Positions 1 to 8,592 of a DNA stretch of 64,000 nucleotides are shown piece after piece (within the stretch, counting starts at the first letter, position 1; each line of letters begins with the position of its first letter). Both the position numbers and the translations under genes were made by a program. Origin of the DNA: Alphaproteobacteria bacterium (GTDB lineage Bacteria > Pseudomonadota > Alphaproteobacteria > Rs-D84); the NCBI GenBank assembly GCA_033345275.1, contig JAWPOF010000001.1, positions 16,839 through 80,838 of the forward strand, read 5' to 3'. The notes below the pieces were generated by a model that was not told the DNA's origin, searched no databases, and saw only the letters and a list, made by a program, of their open reading frames with translations.

Positions 1-801
1 GCTGTAATACGGACGCAACAAGAACACCAAGCCCGACGCTTCCAATACAGACAGCCACGATTTAATCGTTGGGGCGGTTACACCAATATCACGAGCAATG
101 TCACTGTAATTCATTTCCTGGCCTGTTCTGGCCGCCAAGACACGCATAAACGACACAAATGCCATAGTATCCCCAACCGCACCAAAACTTTTAACATCGC
201 GTTCGATATAGGTCTGCAGATATGATTCATAAAACGTATTCCACATGTCGTCTGGTGCACCGTGCATTTTCGGATACGAACCACGCCATATCACATCATA
301 CACACGATTGATGTCCATTGGCTGGGACGTTTTTGCCTTGGCATCAATATATTCCATTGTTGGCAAGAACGGTTGTGCCATTGGATTGCCATTCTTTTCA
401 TCTTGGGAAAATCCGTCCAGATGTAGTATGCCGACACGCCCCGCCAAACTTTCTGATACATTTTTCATCAAATGAAACTGTTGTGAACCGGTCAGCCAGT
501 ACATGCCAGGCTTGTTTTCTTGGTCTACAATCGCCTTGATATATGGGAATAGTTGCGGTGCATATTGAACTTCGTCAATCAAAACAGGGGCCGGGAAACG
601 TTGCAAAAACAATTCTGGTTCCGTCTGGGCCAGATTTCTGTTTGCCAACGTATCCAACGAAACATAGGTTGCAGGCGTATTTGCAACATTTTGTAAAACC
701 GTTGTTTTGCCAACTTGACGCGGCCCCGTGACCATAATCACAGGGAAAAAGTTGCTGATTTTCTCTATACTCTGTTCCAAAGTTCTGTTTATGTATGCCA
801 T
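1..801 (-). CDS. AAA+ ATPase with DUF4143-type C-terminal region (3' end runs off window; not in ORF track because no stop in window)
   Basis: Revcomp from 801 reads MAYINRTLEQSIEKISNFFPVIMVTGPRQVGKTTVLQNV... with Walker A GPRQVGKTT and an open frame to position 1. The architecture is typical of AAA_14 + DUF4143 proteins. Confidence 0.7.
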   Translation of the reverse strand, partial: MAYINRTLEQSIEKISNFFPVIMVTGPRQVGKTTVLQNVANTPATYVSLDTLANRNLAQTEPELFLQRFPAPVLIDEVQYAPQLFPYIKAIVDQENKPGMYWLTGSQQFHLMKNVSESLAGRVGILHLDGFSQDEKNGNPMAQPFLPTMEYIDAKAKTSQPMDINRVYDVIWRGSYPKMHGAPDDMWNTFYESYLQTYIERDVKSFGAVGDTMAFVSFMRVLAARTGQEMNYSDIARDIGVTAPTIKSWLSVLEASGLVFLLRPYYS

Positions 802-811
802 AGCATCCTCC

Positions 812-910
812 GGCGGATTTAAAGTTATACTTTAGAATATCAAAAGTCAGACCCAATGTCAAATATTTTCGGCAGATTTAAAGTGACACTTTAGATTATC
901 GAAAGTACAG
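812..910. promoter_or_regulatory. Two about 39-nt imperfect direct repeats, each with an internal palindrome (TTTAAAGT-n3-ACTTTAGA), 59 bp apart, in the 5' region of the ATPase gene; operator-like
   Basis: Seen directly: ggcggatttaaagttatactttagaatatcaaaagtcag at 812-850 and ggcagatttaaagtgacactttagattatcgaaagtacag at 871-910. Confidence 0.4.
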
Positions 911-1031
911 TCCTTTAAACCTTCACGAATTCCAGCATTTTGTCTGCACCACGTTGGATTGAGTCACAGATTTGGCACATCGTAAAACGAGAGAAAATTC
1001 ACTTTGACTTGTTTACGTCAAATTATCGTGT

Positions 1032-2033
1032 TTATTGTGCACCGTGATTTCTTAAAACCTCTGCTATTTCTGCCGTTTTGGCCGTACGCAATGGGGTTCT
1101 GGCCAATTCGTCTTTCGCATTTATGTCTGCCCCACTATCTATCAATAATTGTGCTATTTTGGCAGATTTAACTAAATGTAATGGAGTTATACTCATTCTA
1201 TCTTTTGCATTTACATCTGTACCGTGTTCAATAAGCACTTGTGCAATTTCGAACGTTTGTGCTTTATGTAATGGCGTTTGACATATCATATCTTTCGCAT
1301 TTACATCTGCACCATTTTTTATCAATATTTGTGCAATTTCGGCCGATTTTACCCGATGCAATGGGGTTGTACCAATTCCTTCCGTCGTATCTCCCATGCG
1401 TAACAAATCCCCAAAGACCCCTTCAGCTTTTGCATTTACATCCGCACCATTATCAATAAGCACTTGTGCAATCTCTGCTGACTGTGCTAGATACAACGGA
1501 GTTTCATCATTACCATCTTTTGCATTTACATCTGCACCATTGTCTATTAACAATTTAGCCATTTCAGCATTTTGTACCCTATGTAATGGCGTGTGACCAT
1601 AAAGCCCATCTTTTGCATTTACATCTACACCATTGTTTATCAAAACCTGAGCAATTTCAACAGATTGAACCAAATGAAGAAGTGTTGTATTATATTTATT
1701 CTTAGGATGCACATCTGCACCATAGTTTATCAACAATTGTGTCATTTCCGCTGTTCGTGCTTGCATTAGGGGGGGCTCGCCATCTTTGTTTACTTTATTA
1801 ACGTCCGCACCATGCTCTATCAAAAATTTAGCTACCATTATATTGTTATAAAACCCTGATAATTCCAACAAAGTTATTTCCTCTGCCACTTCCTTGCCGT
1901 CTACCTCTGCAGTATATGCAAGTGGATGGTTAACATCAAAACCAGCAGCAAGCAGCGTTCTGATAATAAATGTAATATCGGAATCTTTTACAGCTTTATT
2001 TATTTGTTCGGTTAAAACATACGATATTCCCAT
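1032..2033 (-). CDS. Ankyrin-repeat protein (about 9 ANK repeats)
   Basis: Repeated TPLH..A......A..LI..GADVNAKD motifs throughout. The start was moved to MGISYV at 2033, which has AAGGAG 8 nt upstream. Confidence 0.85.
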   Translation of the reverse strand: MGISYVLTEQINKAVKDSDITFIIRTLLAAGFDVNHPLAYTAEVDGKEVAEEITLLELSGFYNNIMVAKFLIEHGADVNKVNKDGEPPLMQARTAEMTQLLINYGADVHPKNKYNTTLLHLVQSVEIAQVLINNGVDVNAKDGLYGHTPLHRVQNAEMAKLLIDNGADVNAKDGNDETPLYLAQSAEIAQVLIDNGADVNAKAEGVFGDLLRMGDTTEGIGTTPLHRVKSAEIAQILIKNGADVNAKDMICQTPLHKAQTFEIAQVLIEHGTDVNAKDRMSITPLHLVKSAKIAQLLIDSGADINAKDELARTPLRTAKTAEIAEVLRNHGAQ

Positions 2034-2094
2034 ATTTAAGCTCCTTTTATACATACAACGATATCATAAAACCCCATTACATCAAACAATGTTT

Positions 2095-2511
2095 TTATAA
2101 TCTCAGCTTTGAGTCTGCTTTTGCCTTAGGATACTTTTTTGCACATTGTTCAAGACCTTCTTCAAACGATAAACCATCTAAAGCATCTAAAGCTGCTTGT
2201 TTTTCACAATCACAGAAATTCAAGTCCTCTTCTTTCAATGAGTTGTTTCCATGCTCAAAATGGTATTCACATTGAAAATATTTATCCATTGCCAATTCTG
2301 TTGGTCTCTCAAATGCTTCATCATACGAGTCCGTTAAATATTTATAATCAAACCCTAATACAGGAACCGTTTTTATATTCTTGTTGGCTATAATTATTTC
2401 TGCTGTGTTCATATAATAAAAACATTTATTTTTGGGGGGTACGACAATATTTTCATAAAAAACTCCTTTGTATACTTGCATTATAAAATCCAATATAAAA
2501 AAATCAAACAT
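2095..2511 (-). CDS. Hypothetical protein (island cargo)
   Basis: 138-aa ORF with no recognisable motifs. It overlaps the integrase stop by 8 nt, which suggests an operon. Confidence 0.4.
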   Translation of the reverse strand: MFDFFILDFIMQVYKGVFYENIVVPPKNKCFYYMNTAEIIIANKNIKTVPVLGFDYKYLTDSYDEAFERPTELAMDKYFQCEYHFEHGNNSLKEEDLNFCDCEKQAALDALDGLSFEEGLEQCAKKYPKAKADSKLRL

Positions 2512-3688
2512 CTTTGTTTTTTACAAATTCCAACATCTTGTCTGCGGCACGTTGGATAGAATCACGCACAGGGTCCATTGTTAAACGGGCATATACTTGG
2601 GTTGCTGCGTTGGTTTTATCGCCCAGGGCCTTGCCCACAATATGTAAACTGGCACCGGTTATTGCCTGGTAACTGCCGAATGTACGACGCAGGTCATGGA
2701 ACCGCAGGTCTTCGATATTTGCACGTTTTAACAATGCATACCAGGGGCGGTGAAAGTCCTCGACATGACCGCTTTTACTGCCGGCACGACTTGAAAACAC
2801 CCAGTCATCGGTCGCACGTGTGTGCATATCTTGCAATATTTCAAGTGCCTGCGATATTAATGGGATGCGTTGCGGGTCACCATTTTTAGAATCCGGGAAC
2901 AGTACAAATCCCAGATTTAAATCAACGTTTGACCAGCGCATAGACAGCATATTTTGACGACGCTGACCAATAAACAGCGATAACAATACATAGTTTTTAA
3001 ACGCCTCGTTCGGCTCTTCGGCCAGTGCGGCAAAGAAACGGGTTATTTCATCCGGCTGCAGGAAACGTTCACGGGACTTTTCACGAAACATTTTTATCCC
3101 GACCGCAGGATTACCATGATGTGCCGGATACCCCCATTCTATGGCCTTGTTATACATGTGTTTTAACAGCCCCAGGGTTCGGTTGGCGGTGTATAAACTT
3201 ATCTTGTTGCGCAACCCCGAATGTATCCGTTCCAGGTCAATGCGTGTTATGCTTATCATTTTACGGTTATGCAATTCTGGCAGGTAATTGCGAAACATTG
3301 ATTCAACCTTGGCCTGTGATTTTTGCTTTGTATACACCAAAACATGCCGTGGATAATATTGGGTGTCAAAGAACTGTTTTAATGTCATATCACGCAGGGC
3401 TTCGTTGCGTTCTTGGCCGGGGTCTGTTCCGTGGTCGGCAATGGTCCGCAATTCACGTGCTTTCATACGAGCTTCGACCAGTTTTGTGACGCCAACGCGC
3501 CCAATTTTTACACGTTTTGGCACGCCCAGGAACTTGGTATAGAAATAATACGTTTTTGTCCCGCCATAGGTAACAATGATGCACAAACCCGGTTGTCCAT
3601 TGTCATAATACGTCATTGGGCGCTTGTCGGTCGGAATTGGTAATTCAGCCAGCGTTTTTTCTGTAAAATTTATATGGTTATTGGTCAT
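2504..3688 (-). CDS. int: Tyrosine recombinase / phage-type integrase (P4-like N-terminal arm-binding region)
   Basis: 394 aa. C-terminal catalytic signature: RFHDLRRTFGS ... HIVGKALGDKTNAATQVYARL (R..H..R..Y pattern). Confidence 0.85.
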   Translation of the reverse strand: MTNNHINFTEKTLAELPIPTDKRPMTYYDNGQPGLCIIVTYGGTKTYYFYTKFLGVPKRVKIGRVGVTKLVEARMKARELRTIADHGTDPGQERNEALRDMTLKQFFDTQYYPRHVLVYTKQKSQAKVESMFRNYLPELHNRKMISITRIDLERIHSGLRNKISLYTANRTLGLLKHMYNKAIEWGYPAHHGNPAVGIKMFREKSRERFLQPDEITRFFAALAEEPNEAFKNYVLLSLFIGQRRQNMLSMRWSNVDLNLGFVLFPDSKNGDPQRIPLISQALEILQDMHTRATDDWVFSSRAGSKSGHVEDFHRPWYALLKRANIEDLRFHDLRRTFGSYQAITGASLHIVGKALGDKTNAATQVYARLTMDPVRDSIQRAADKMLEFVKNKDV

Positions 3689-4343
3689 CGTTTATATCCA
3701 TTGTTGCTATTTTTTCCCAATCAATCCCGTATTTGTCGACAATATCTTGCATATCTGCAGAAAGATAAAAACTACGCTCGCTACGAATGTCGGTCGGAAA
3801 TTGAGATGGATTTTTCCAATCATCGTGTTCTTGTTGCCAAACTTCAAAATCAGAAACAAAAATCCCCCTTTGAACAAAAGTGTCCGCAATCGGATTTTCT
3901 TGTAATTTATATATATCTATGTTGAAAGAGTTCCTTTCCTTTTCCGGTGTCGAATAATAACAAATAAAACTTGCCAAGTATTTTAACTCGTCTACATTCA
4001 AATGCTCGAGCATGTTGGCATACCTGGCGAACAAATTTGATTTACGGTCGGTTTCTTCCACTTTTCCCATCCCTGAAATTAATCGAGCCAACAAAATCAA
4101 ATTTCTTTTTGCAACCCCCTCTTGAACGGAACGAGAAAACCTTGCCAACATGCTAAAAAAATCATCCCGATGGATGGCAGTTAGGTCTCCACTGCGAATG
4201 TTTGTTAACAACACCTCCCTAGCCATGTTTATGTTTTTCTGACGCCATGCATCGTATGCGTTTTGTAATCCACCGCCAACCACCGGCACAGCACCCAAAA
4301 CACTATCAACTATCTGCTGTAATACAGCATTTTCTTTTTCCAT
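3678..4343 (-). CDS. Hypothetical protein immediately upstream of the integrase, overlapping it by 11 nt
   Basis: 221-aa ORF with no recognised domain. Confidence 0.45.
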   Translation of the reverse strand: MEKENAVLQQIVDSVLGAVPVVGGGLQNAYDAWRQKNINMAREVLLTNIRSGDLTAIHRDDFFSMLARFSRSVQEGVAKRNLILLARLISGMGKVEETDRKSNLFARYANMLEHLNVDELKYLASFICYYSTPEKERNSFNIDIYKLQENPIADTFVQRGIFVSDFEVWQQEHDDWKNPSQFPTDIRSERSFYLSADMQDIVDKYGIDWEKIATMDINDDQ

Positions 4344-4548
4344 TTCAATCTCTTTTTGCTACCAAGGTCCGTGTTGCAAATACCCCAGTCCGTGAGACGT
4401 CCGTTTGTCTATTTTTGTTACCTATTTGCTACCAACGGTGTTTTTTGCTACCAATTTTCGTTAAACTTCGTTAAAGTCACATTAAACTACAACCCGCAGA
4501 AAATCAAGGAATATTTAATTAAATTAAAATCTGTTAAACAAAATAAAA

Positions 4549-4598
4549 ACGGACTGTTAATCCGTATGTCGTTGGTTCGAGTCCAACTGCCCGAGCCA
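4549..4598 (+). other. 3' fragment of tRNA-Asn(GTT): anticodon arm, T arm, acceptor 3' strand and CCA. The 5' acceptor strand and D arm are absent, so this is an att-site-like remnant.
   Basis: Anticodon stem acgga/tccgt with loop ctGTTaa. T-stem gttgg/ccaac with loop ttcgagt. Then tgcccga-g-cca. No complementary tcgggca lies upstream. Confidence 0.6.
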
Positions 4599-4620
4599 AA
4601 ATTTACACCGTCCTGTCAAA

Positions 4621-4708
4621 GGGCGGTTTTTCTTTGGATTTCTAAGGATTTTCACAGTTCGATAATACAGGTTATAAAACACGCTATTTTTCGGGCGTTA
4701 TCGAACTA
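4621..4708. repeat. Imperfect direct repeat copy A, about 75% identical to copy B at 6292-6378
   Basis: Shared blocks: gggcNgtttttctttggatt, ttcgataat and ttatcgaacta. Confidence 0.6.
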
Positions 4709-4718
4709 CACAATAAAA

Positions 4719-4745
4719 AAGGTTAGAAAACTAACCTTTTTTATT
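4719..4745. terminator. Rho-independent terminator, bidirectional in form, downstream of tyrS
   Basis: aaggttag aaaa ctaacctt followed by a T run. Confidence 0.6.
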
Positions 4746-4762
4746 AGCTCGAGTAAATGTAC

Positions 4763-5962
4763 TTATTTGGCAAGGACTTTAAAGAACGTCTTGCGACCGA
4801 CACGCACACATAACGGTTTATCAGTTATGAATGTTTGATTTAGGTCGTTTACCTTGTCATCGTTTATCGTAACTGCGTTTTGAGCAACTAGTCTGCGCAA
4901 TTCACTGTTTGATGCATCCGGCATACCTAATTTCAAGATTTCCATTACGGATAATGATTCTTGATCGGTTTTTATTTCTGGCGCATTATCTGGAAAAGTG
5001 TGTTCTGAAAAAGTTTTGCGCCAGTTTTCCAATGCTGCAACAGCCGCATCCGCACCATGGAAGATTTCTGTTATTTTCTGGGCGGCAAACAGTTTTGCCT
5101 GCATTGGTTCGTTGTCAATATCCAACGCATCAATTTCCGACAATGAAACACGAGTATTATTCACCAACAAAATACGTATCATTTCATCGGGCTGCGCCAT
5201 AATCTGGGCAAACATGGTATCTGCGGTTTCATTCAAGAAAACGCCTGTACCACGCGATTTTGACATCAATTCACCCGTCACCGGATTTTCCATCAAATTG
5301 TTGCAAACAATAAACTTTTCCTTGTTCTTTAATTTGCGCAACAAAGTGCGCCCCATCAGCGCATTAAATGTCTGGTCTGTGCCACACAATTCAACATCCG
5401 CATCCAACGCAACTGAATCAAAGCCTTGGAAAATCGGGTACAGGAATTCGTGCAGGTGAATTGGCCGGTTATCGTTCATCCGTTTCTGAAACATATCACG
5501 TTCCAACATATGCTGGACAGTGGTGTTTGAAGTCAATTCAATCAAATCGTGCATAGATAGTTTGTTTAGCCATTCGCCATTAAATACCACTTTGGCCGGA
5601 TTGTTTGGGTCGTTAAACTTGATAATTGGTGAGATTTGGCGTACCCAGTCAGCGGAAAATTCGTGTACTTGTTCCGGTGTTAATCTTGCACGTGCGGAAT
5701 TGCGGTCGCTGGGGTCACCAATGCATGCGGTAAAGTCGCCGAACAAGACAAATACCTCATGTCCCAGTTTTCTGAATTCTTCCAACAACATAAAGTTTTT
5801 CGCATGCGACAAGTGCAACGACGTATTTGTCGGGTCTGCCCCAATAAAAAAACGCAGTTTTTCTGTCAGCAGTTTTTTCTTGAATTCTGCACGTGAGGGC
5901 AAGATGTCGACAATTATGCCCCTGTCCAGAATTTCATCAATAATTTGTTCTTTGGTTTTCAT
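4763..5962 (-). CDS. tyrS: Tyrosyl-tRNA synthetase
   Basis: HIGH-type motif TSLHLSH and a KMSKS-type motif LMSKS. C-terminal S4-like domain (RRLVAQNAVTINDDKV). Confidence 0.85.
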   Translation of the reverse strand: MKTKEQIIDEILDRGIIVDILPSRAEFKKKLLTEKLRFFIGADPTNTSLHLSHAKNFMLLEEFRKLGHEVFVLFGDFTACIGDPSDRNSARARLTPEQVHEFSADWVRQISPIIKFNDPNNPAKVVFNGEWLNKLSMHDLIELTSNTTVQHMLERDMFQKRMNDNRPIHLHEFLYPIFQGFDSVALDADVELCGTDQTFNALMGRTLLRKLKNKEKFIVCNNLMENPVTGELMSKSRGTGVFLNETADTMFAQIMAQPDEMIRILLVNNTRVSLSEIDALDIDNEPMQAKLFAAQKITEIFHGADAAVAALENWRKTFSEHTFPDNAPEIKTDQESLSVMEILKLGMPDASNSELRRLVAQNAVTINDDKVNDLNQTFITDKPLCVRVGRKTFFKVLAK

Positions 5963-6148
5963 TACTTAATCCTTTGTTAGTTTTATGAATAAAAAATTGG
6001 CTTTGACATATACCCCTTATGGTGCCAAAGCCAATCAAACCCATAACACCATAAGGGGTTAATAGGCGTAATAAAAACCACGTACGCAAATCTGCGCACA
6101 TTTTGAAATCTGATTAAAAAGCAAACTATTTCTTGTCATTTCCAGTCT

Positions 6149-6177
6149 ATTATAGAGAAACTTGTTGTTTTTGTCAA
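6149..6177 (-). promoter_or_regulatory. Consensus sigma70-type promoter (TTGACA-17-TATAAT) firing toward tyrS, giving a roughly 178-nt leader
   Basis: Revcomp of 6149-6177 is TTGACAaaaacaacaagtttctcTATAAT. Confidence 0.5.
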
Positions 6178-6291
6178 CTTTATTATTTCAGAAATATTTC
6201 TGCAACTGTGCCCAGGCGGTAGAATTCATATGGATTTTCGTGCCGGTATGAACAAGCCGCGCCGAGCCACGTTTTACAAGACTGCCTTTTT

Positions 6292-6378
6292 GGGCTGTTT
6301 TTCTTTGGATTCCTTGGCTTTCGGGCGGTTCGATAATTCCATTTCAAAAACTGTCATTTTTTAGGCATTATCGAACTA
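6292..6378. repeat. Imperfect direct repeat copy B (partner of 4621-4708). It is followed at 6412-6435 by a degenerate T-arm-like motif, GTTCGAGTCCgaCTGtCC.
   Basis: Aligned by eye with copy A. Confidence 0.6.
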
Positions 6379-6504
6379 ATTTGATAAAAAGCTTTGATTC
6401 CCATGCTTTTACCCCGTTCGAGTCCGACTGTCCCTATTTTTAATCTTGATAACATAATGGTATTGTGTAAAAATTCTTATGATAAAAAATTAAAGGTGCG
6501 AAAT

Positions 6505-7290
6505 ATGAGAACAAATATTCCACAGGTTATTTTTATCGATGAAACAAGCGACCATACCGTTTCCAGAACATTTACAATTAAAGAATTACAGATGCAATTG
6601 GTGCAAGCAAGATTGATTAATGAGGTTTATGCAAATTGCAATCCAGATAAAATACCGTGGCAGAAAACAGATAACTATATCAATATAAAAGAACAGTGGC
6701 GTCCATGTCATGGTGACTATGATAAATATGAAGCAAGCGATTGCGGGCGCATTCGTTTAAAAGGTATGCCTAACGGAATATTGGAGCAGCATGAACGAAA
6801 ATATCCCAATATAAAAATTAATGATTTGCTACAAATACTAAAAGACACTCCAGACAATACAGAAGTTGGTTATCTGTATGTTAACATAGACGAAAAGGCC
6901 GTGGATGTACATAAATTGGTTGCAGATGCATGGCTTAAATGCGACGACGACAAACCTTATCAGGTACACCATATATCAAACGACGGGTATGATAACAGTC
7001 CTTGGAATTTGATATATTTGAAGGAAGAAGAACACCTTGGAAACTCGAACGTTGATAGTGTACATAAAAAAACATATAATGATGAAATAAAATGCTATCA
7101 TGCACCGTTACATTATATTTATGAAAAGGGAGTAATTAAAGCAGACGGAACATTGTTGGACGAACCGTTGATCACACTGGATGATGGAAAATTGTCTGGA
7201 TCTGGTAAGCTGAAGAATATAAAGAACTTTACAATCAAAGATAGCCCGAACAATTTTGTTCCCTGGGTTATGGTTGCGAATGACTGTTAA
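6505..7290 (+). CDS. HNH endonuclease-like protein
   Basis: Motif VHHISNDGYDNSPWNLIYL...EHLGNSN resembles the HNH H-N-H core. The start was moved to 6505 (aaaggtg RBS) because the longer ORF would translate through the tRNA-like fragment. Confidence 0.5.
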   Translation: MRTNIPQVIFIDETSDHTVSRTFTIKELQMQLVQARLINEVYANCNPDKIPWQKTDNYINIKEQWRPCHGDYDKYEASDCGRIRLKGMPNGILEQHERKYPNIKINDLLQILKDTPDNTEVGYLYVNIDEKAVDVHKLVADAWLKCDDDKPYQVHHISNDGYDNSPWNLIYLKEEEHLGNSNVDSVHKKTYNDEIKCYHAPLHYIYEKGVIKADGTLLDEPLITLDDGKLSGSGKLKNIKNFTIKDSPNNFVPWVMVANDC

Positions 7291-7342
7291 AAAAGCGGAT
7301 TTCCCGATATATGCAAGTTATGTCGAGCCAAAAATTTCCCGG

Positions 7343-7370
7343 ATTTCCGGGATTTTTCTTTACTTTTATA
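7343..7370. terminator. Hairpin terminator between convergent genes
   Basis: tcccggatttccggga followed by tttttc. Confidence 0.5.
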
Positions 7371-7416
7371 GCGGCAATTTGTTCCTGTGTTTTTGACACA
7401 CAAAAACATCAAAAAT

Positions 7417-8424
7417 TTAATGACAATGATGTTTTTTACGAAAATATGCCAATGTTGCCCCTGCCCCCAGTACACCAAACGCAATCGGCACAATTGGTGG
7501 GCGAGTATTTTTATGTTCTGCAGGATGTGGTCGCTGGGCGTTCACACCATCCCAAACGACTTGTGGGACAACTTCTTGTGCCAATTTACAACTTACTATG
7601 ACTGAACCTTTCTTTTTACCTAATTTCAAGCGAACAGTCCTTGGTCTTTTGGCCTTGGATAGGTTTTTTTGAATTTTCGAGAAATCCCATTCATAAAAAC
7701 CATTTGCGTCTGATTTTGGTCTGCCATTGTGATAAATAAACATATCCCTGTAATCCAAGGCGTAACATCCTTCGGCACGCAAATCTAGCAAATCCTTGAA
7801 TTCAATTGCGCCAACCATCAAGGCAGCAAAGAAATAACATCTGTTTGGCACACCTGCTTGCTTGCGCCAGCCAGTCAAGGTTTTTGCCAGTTCTGCACCG
7901 GTCTTGCCGGCATTCAGTTGCTTCAGAAATTCTGACACTTGAAAGTTTGGCCCGCCTATACAATATCTGAGAACGCATGCGGCAAGCAATGTGCTTTCGT
8001 CCATAGAAATATTGACACAATTTTTGATATCTTGCAAAACCTCGTGTGTTAAATAGCGGTCTACGTAGATATCAGACTCTTGTAATGTTGGTATTTGCGT
8101 AGAAAGAGTCACTGATTTGCATGTCCCATTGGTATCATATAAAACCGTCAGTCCATGACCCGTAGTCCAGGCTTCGCCACACCAATATATGTATGGATAA
8201 TAATTTTCAACAACTGCCAGCGCAAATTTAATTTTGTTGCGTGACTTTTCGAACAATTCTGTATTACCGTATACATCTTTTTGTTGGATGGACGAGTCAA
8301 TCTTTGTTTTATACTGCCCACCGTCTTTTTCTGTTTTTTGCGCAAAACAAGCATGCGTGCCTGCGGTCAACCCACAGGCCAGGACTGAGCCAAATAAAAA
8401 GTTTCTTAAATCAACTTCTTTCAT
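7417..8424 (-). CDS. Secreted or membrane-anchored lysozyme-like (GH24/GH108-like) domain protein
   Basis: N-terminal signal peptide. GEAWTTGHGL resembles the E...TIGxGH lysozyme core. C-terminal TM helix. A TTGACA-16-TACAAT promoter lies immediately upstream, which suggests a leaderless transcript. Confidence 0.35.
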   Translation of the reverse strand: MKEVDLRNFLFGSVLACGLTAGTHACFAQKTEKDGGQYKTKIDSSIQQKDVYGNTELFEKSRNKIKFALAVVENYYPYIYWCGEAWTTGHGLTVLYDTNGTCKSVTLSTQIPTLQESDIYVDRYLTHEVLQDIKNCVNISMDESTLLAACVLRYCIGGPNFQVSEFLKQLNAGKTGAELAKTLTGWRKQAGVPNRCYFFAALMVGAIEFKDLLDLRAEGCYALDYRDMFIYHNGRPKSDANGFYEWDFSKIQKNLSKAKRPRTVRLKLGKKKGSVIVSCKLAQEVVPQVVWDGVNAQRPHPAEHKNTRPPIVPIAFGVLGAGATLAYFRKKHHCH

Positions 8425-8592
8425 CCCAGTCTATTGTAGTGACAAAACATAATTTGTCAAGTCGATATTGAAGAATCATATTTGGTTTTAAGCGGGTGCA
8501 CAACGAAACGCATCGCTGTTTATGTCCACAAAACATGCTGGAACAGCGTTATATCGCGCAACTTTTTGTAATCAGCAACCGTTGCTGGTGCT

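Noticed and set aside
1078-1596. Plus-strand ORFs (1078-1281, 1241-1459, 1396-1596) inside the ankyrin gene
   Set aside because: They are antisense shadows of ANK repeats and have no RBS.
4356-4838. 160-aa plus ORF across the tRNA fragment and repeat A
   Set aside because: It spans non-coding att-like sequence and the tyrS terminator and has no RBS.
5963-6140. T-box riboswitch upstream of tyrS
   Set aside because: No T-box consensus (AATTAGGGTGGTACCGCG-like) or specifier-loop architecture was found. A T-box is also unexpected in this lineage.
6394-6504. Longer N-terminal extension of the HNH gene from 6394
   Set aside because: It would translate through the tRNA-like scar and lacks an RBS. 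The ATG at 6505 has an aaaggtg SD.
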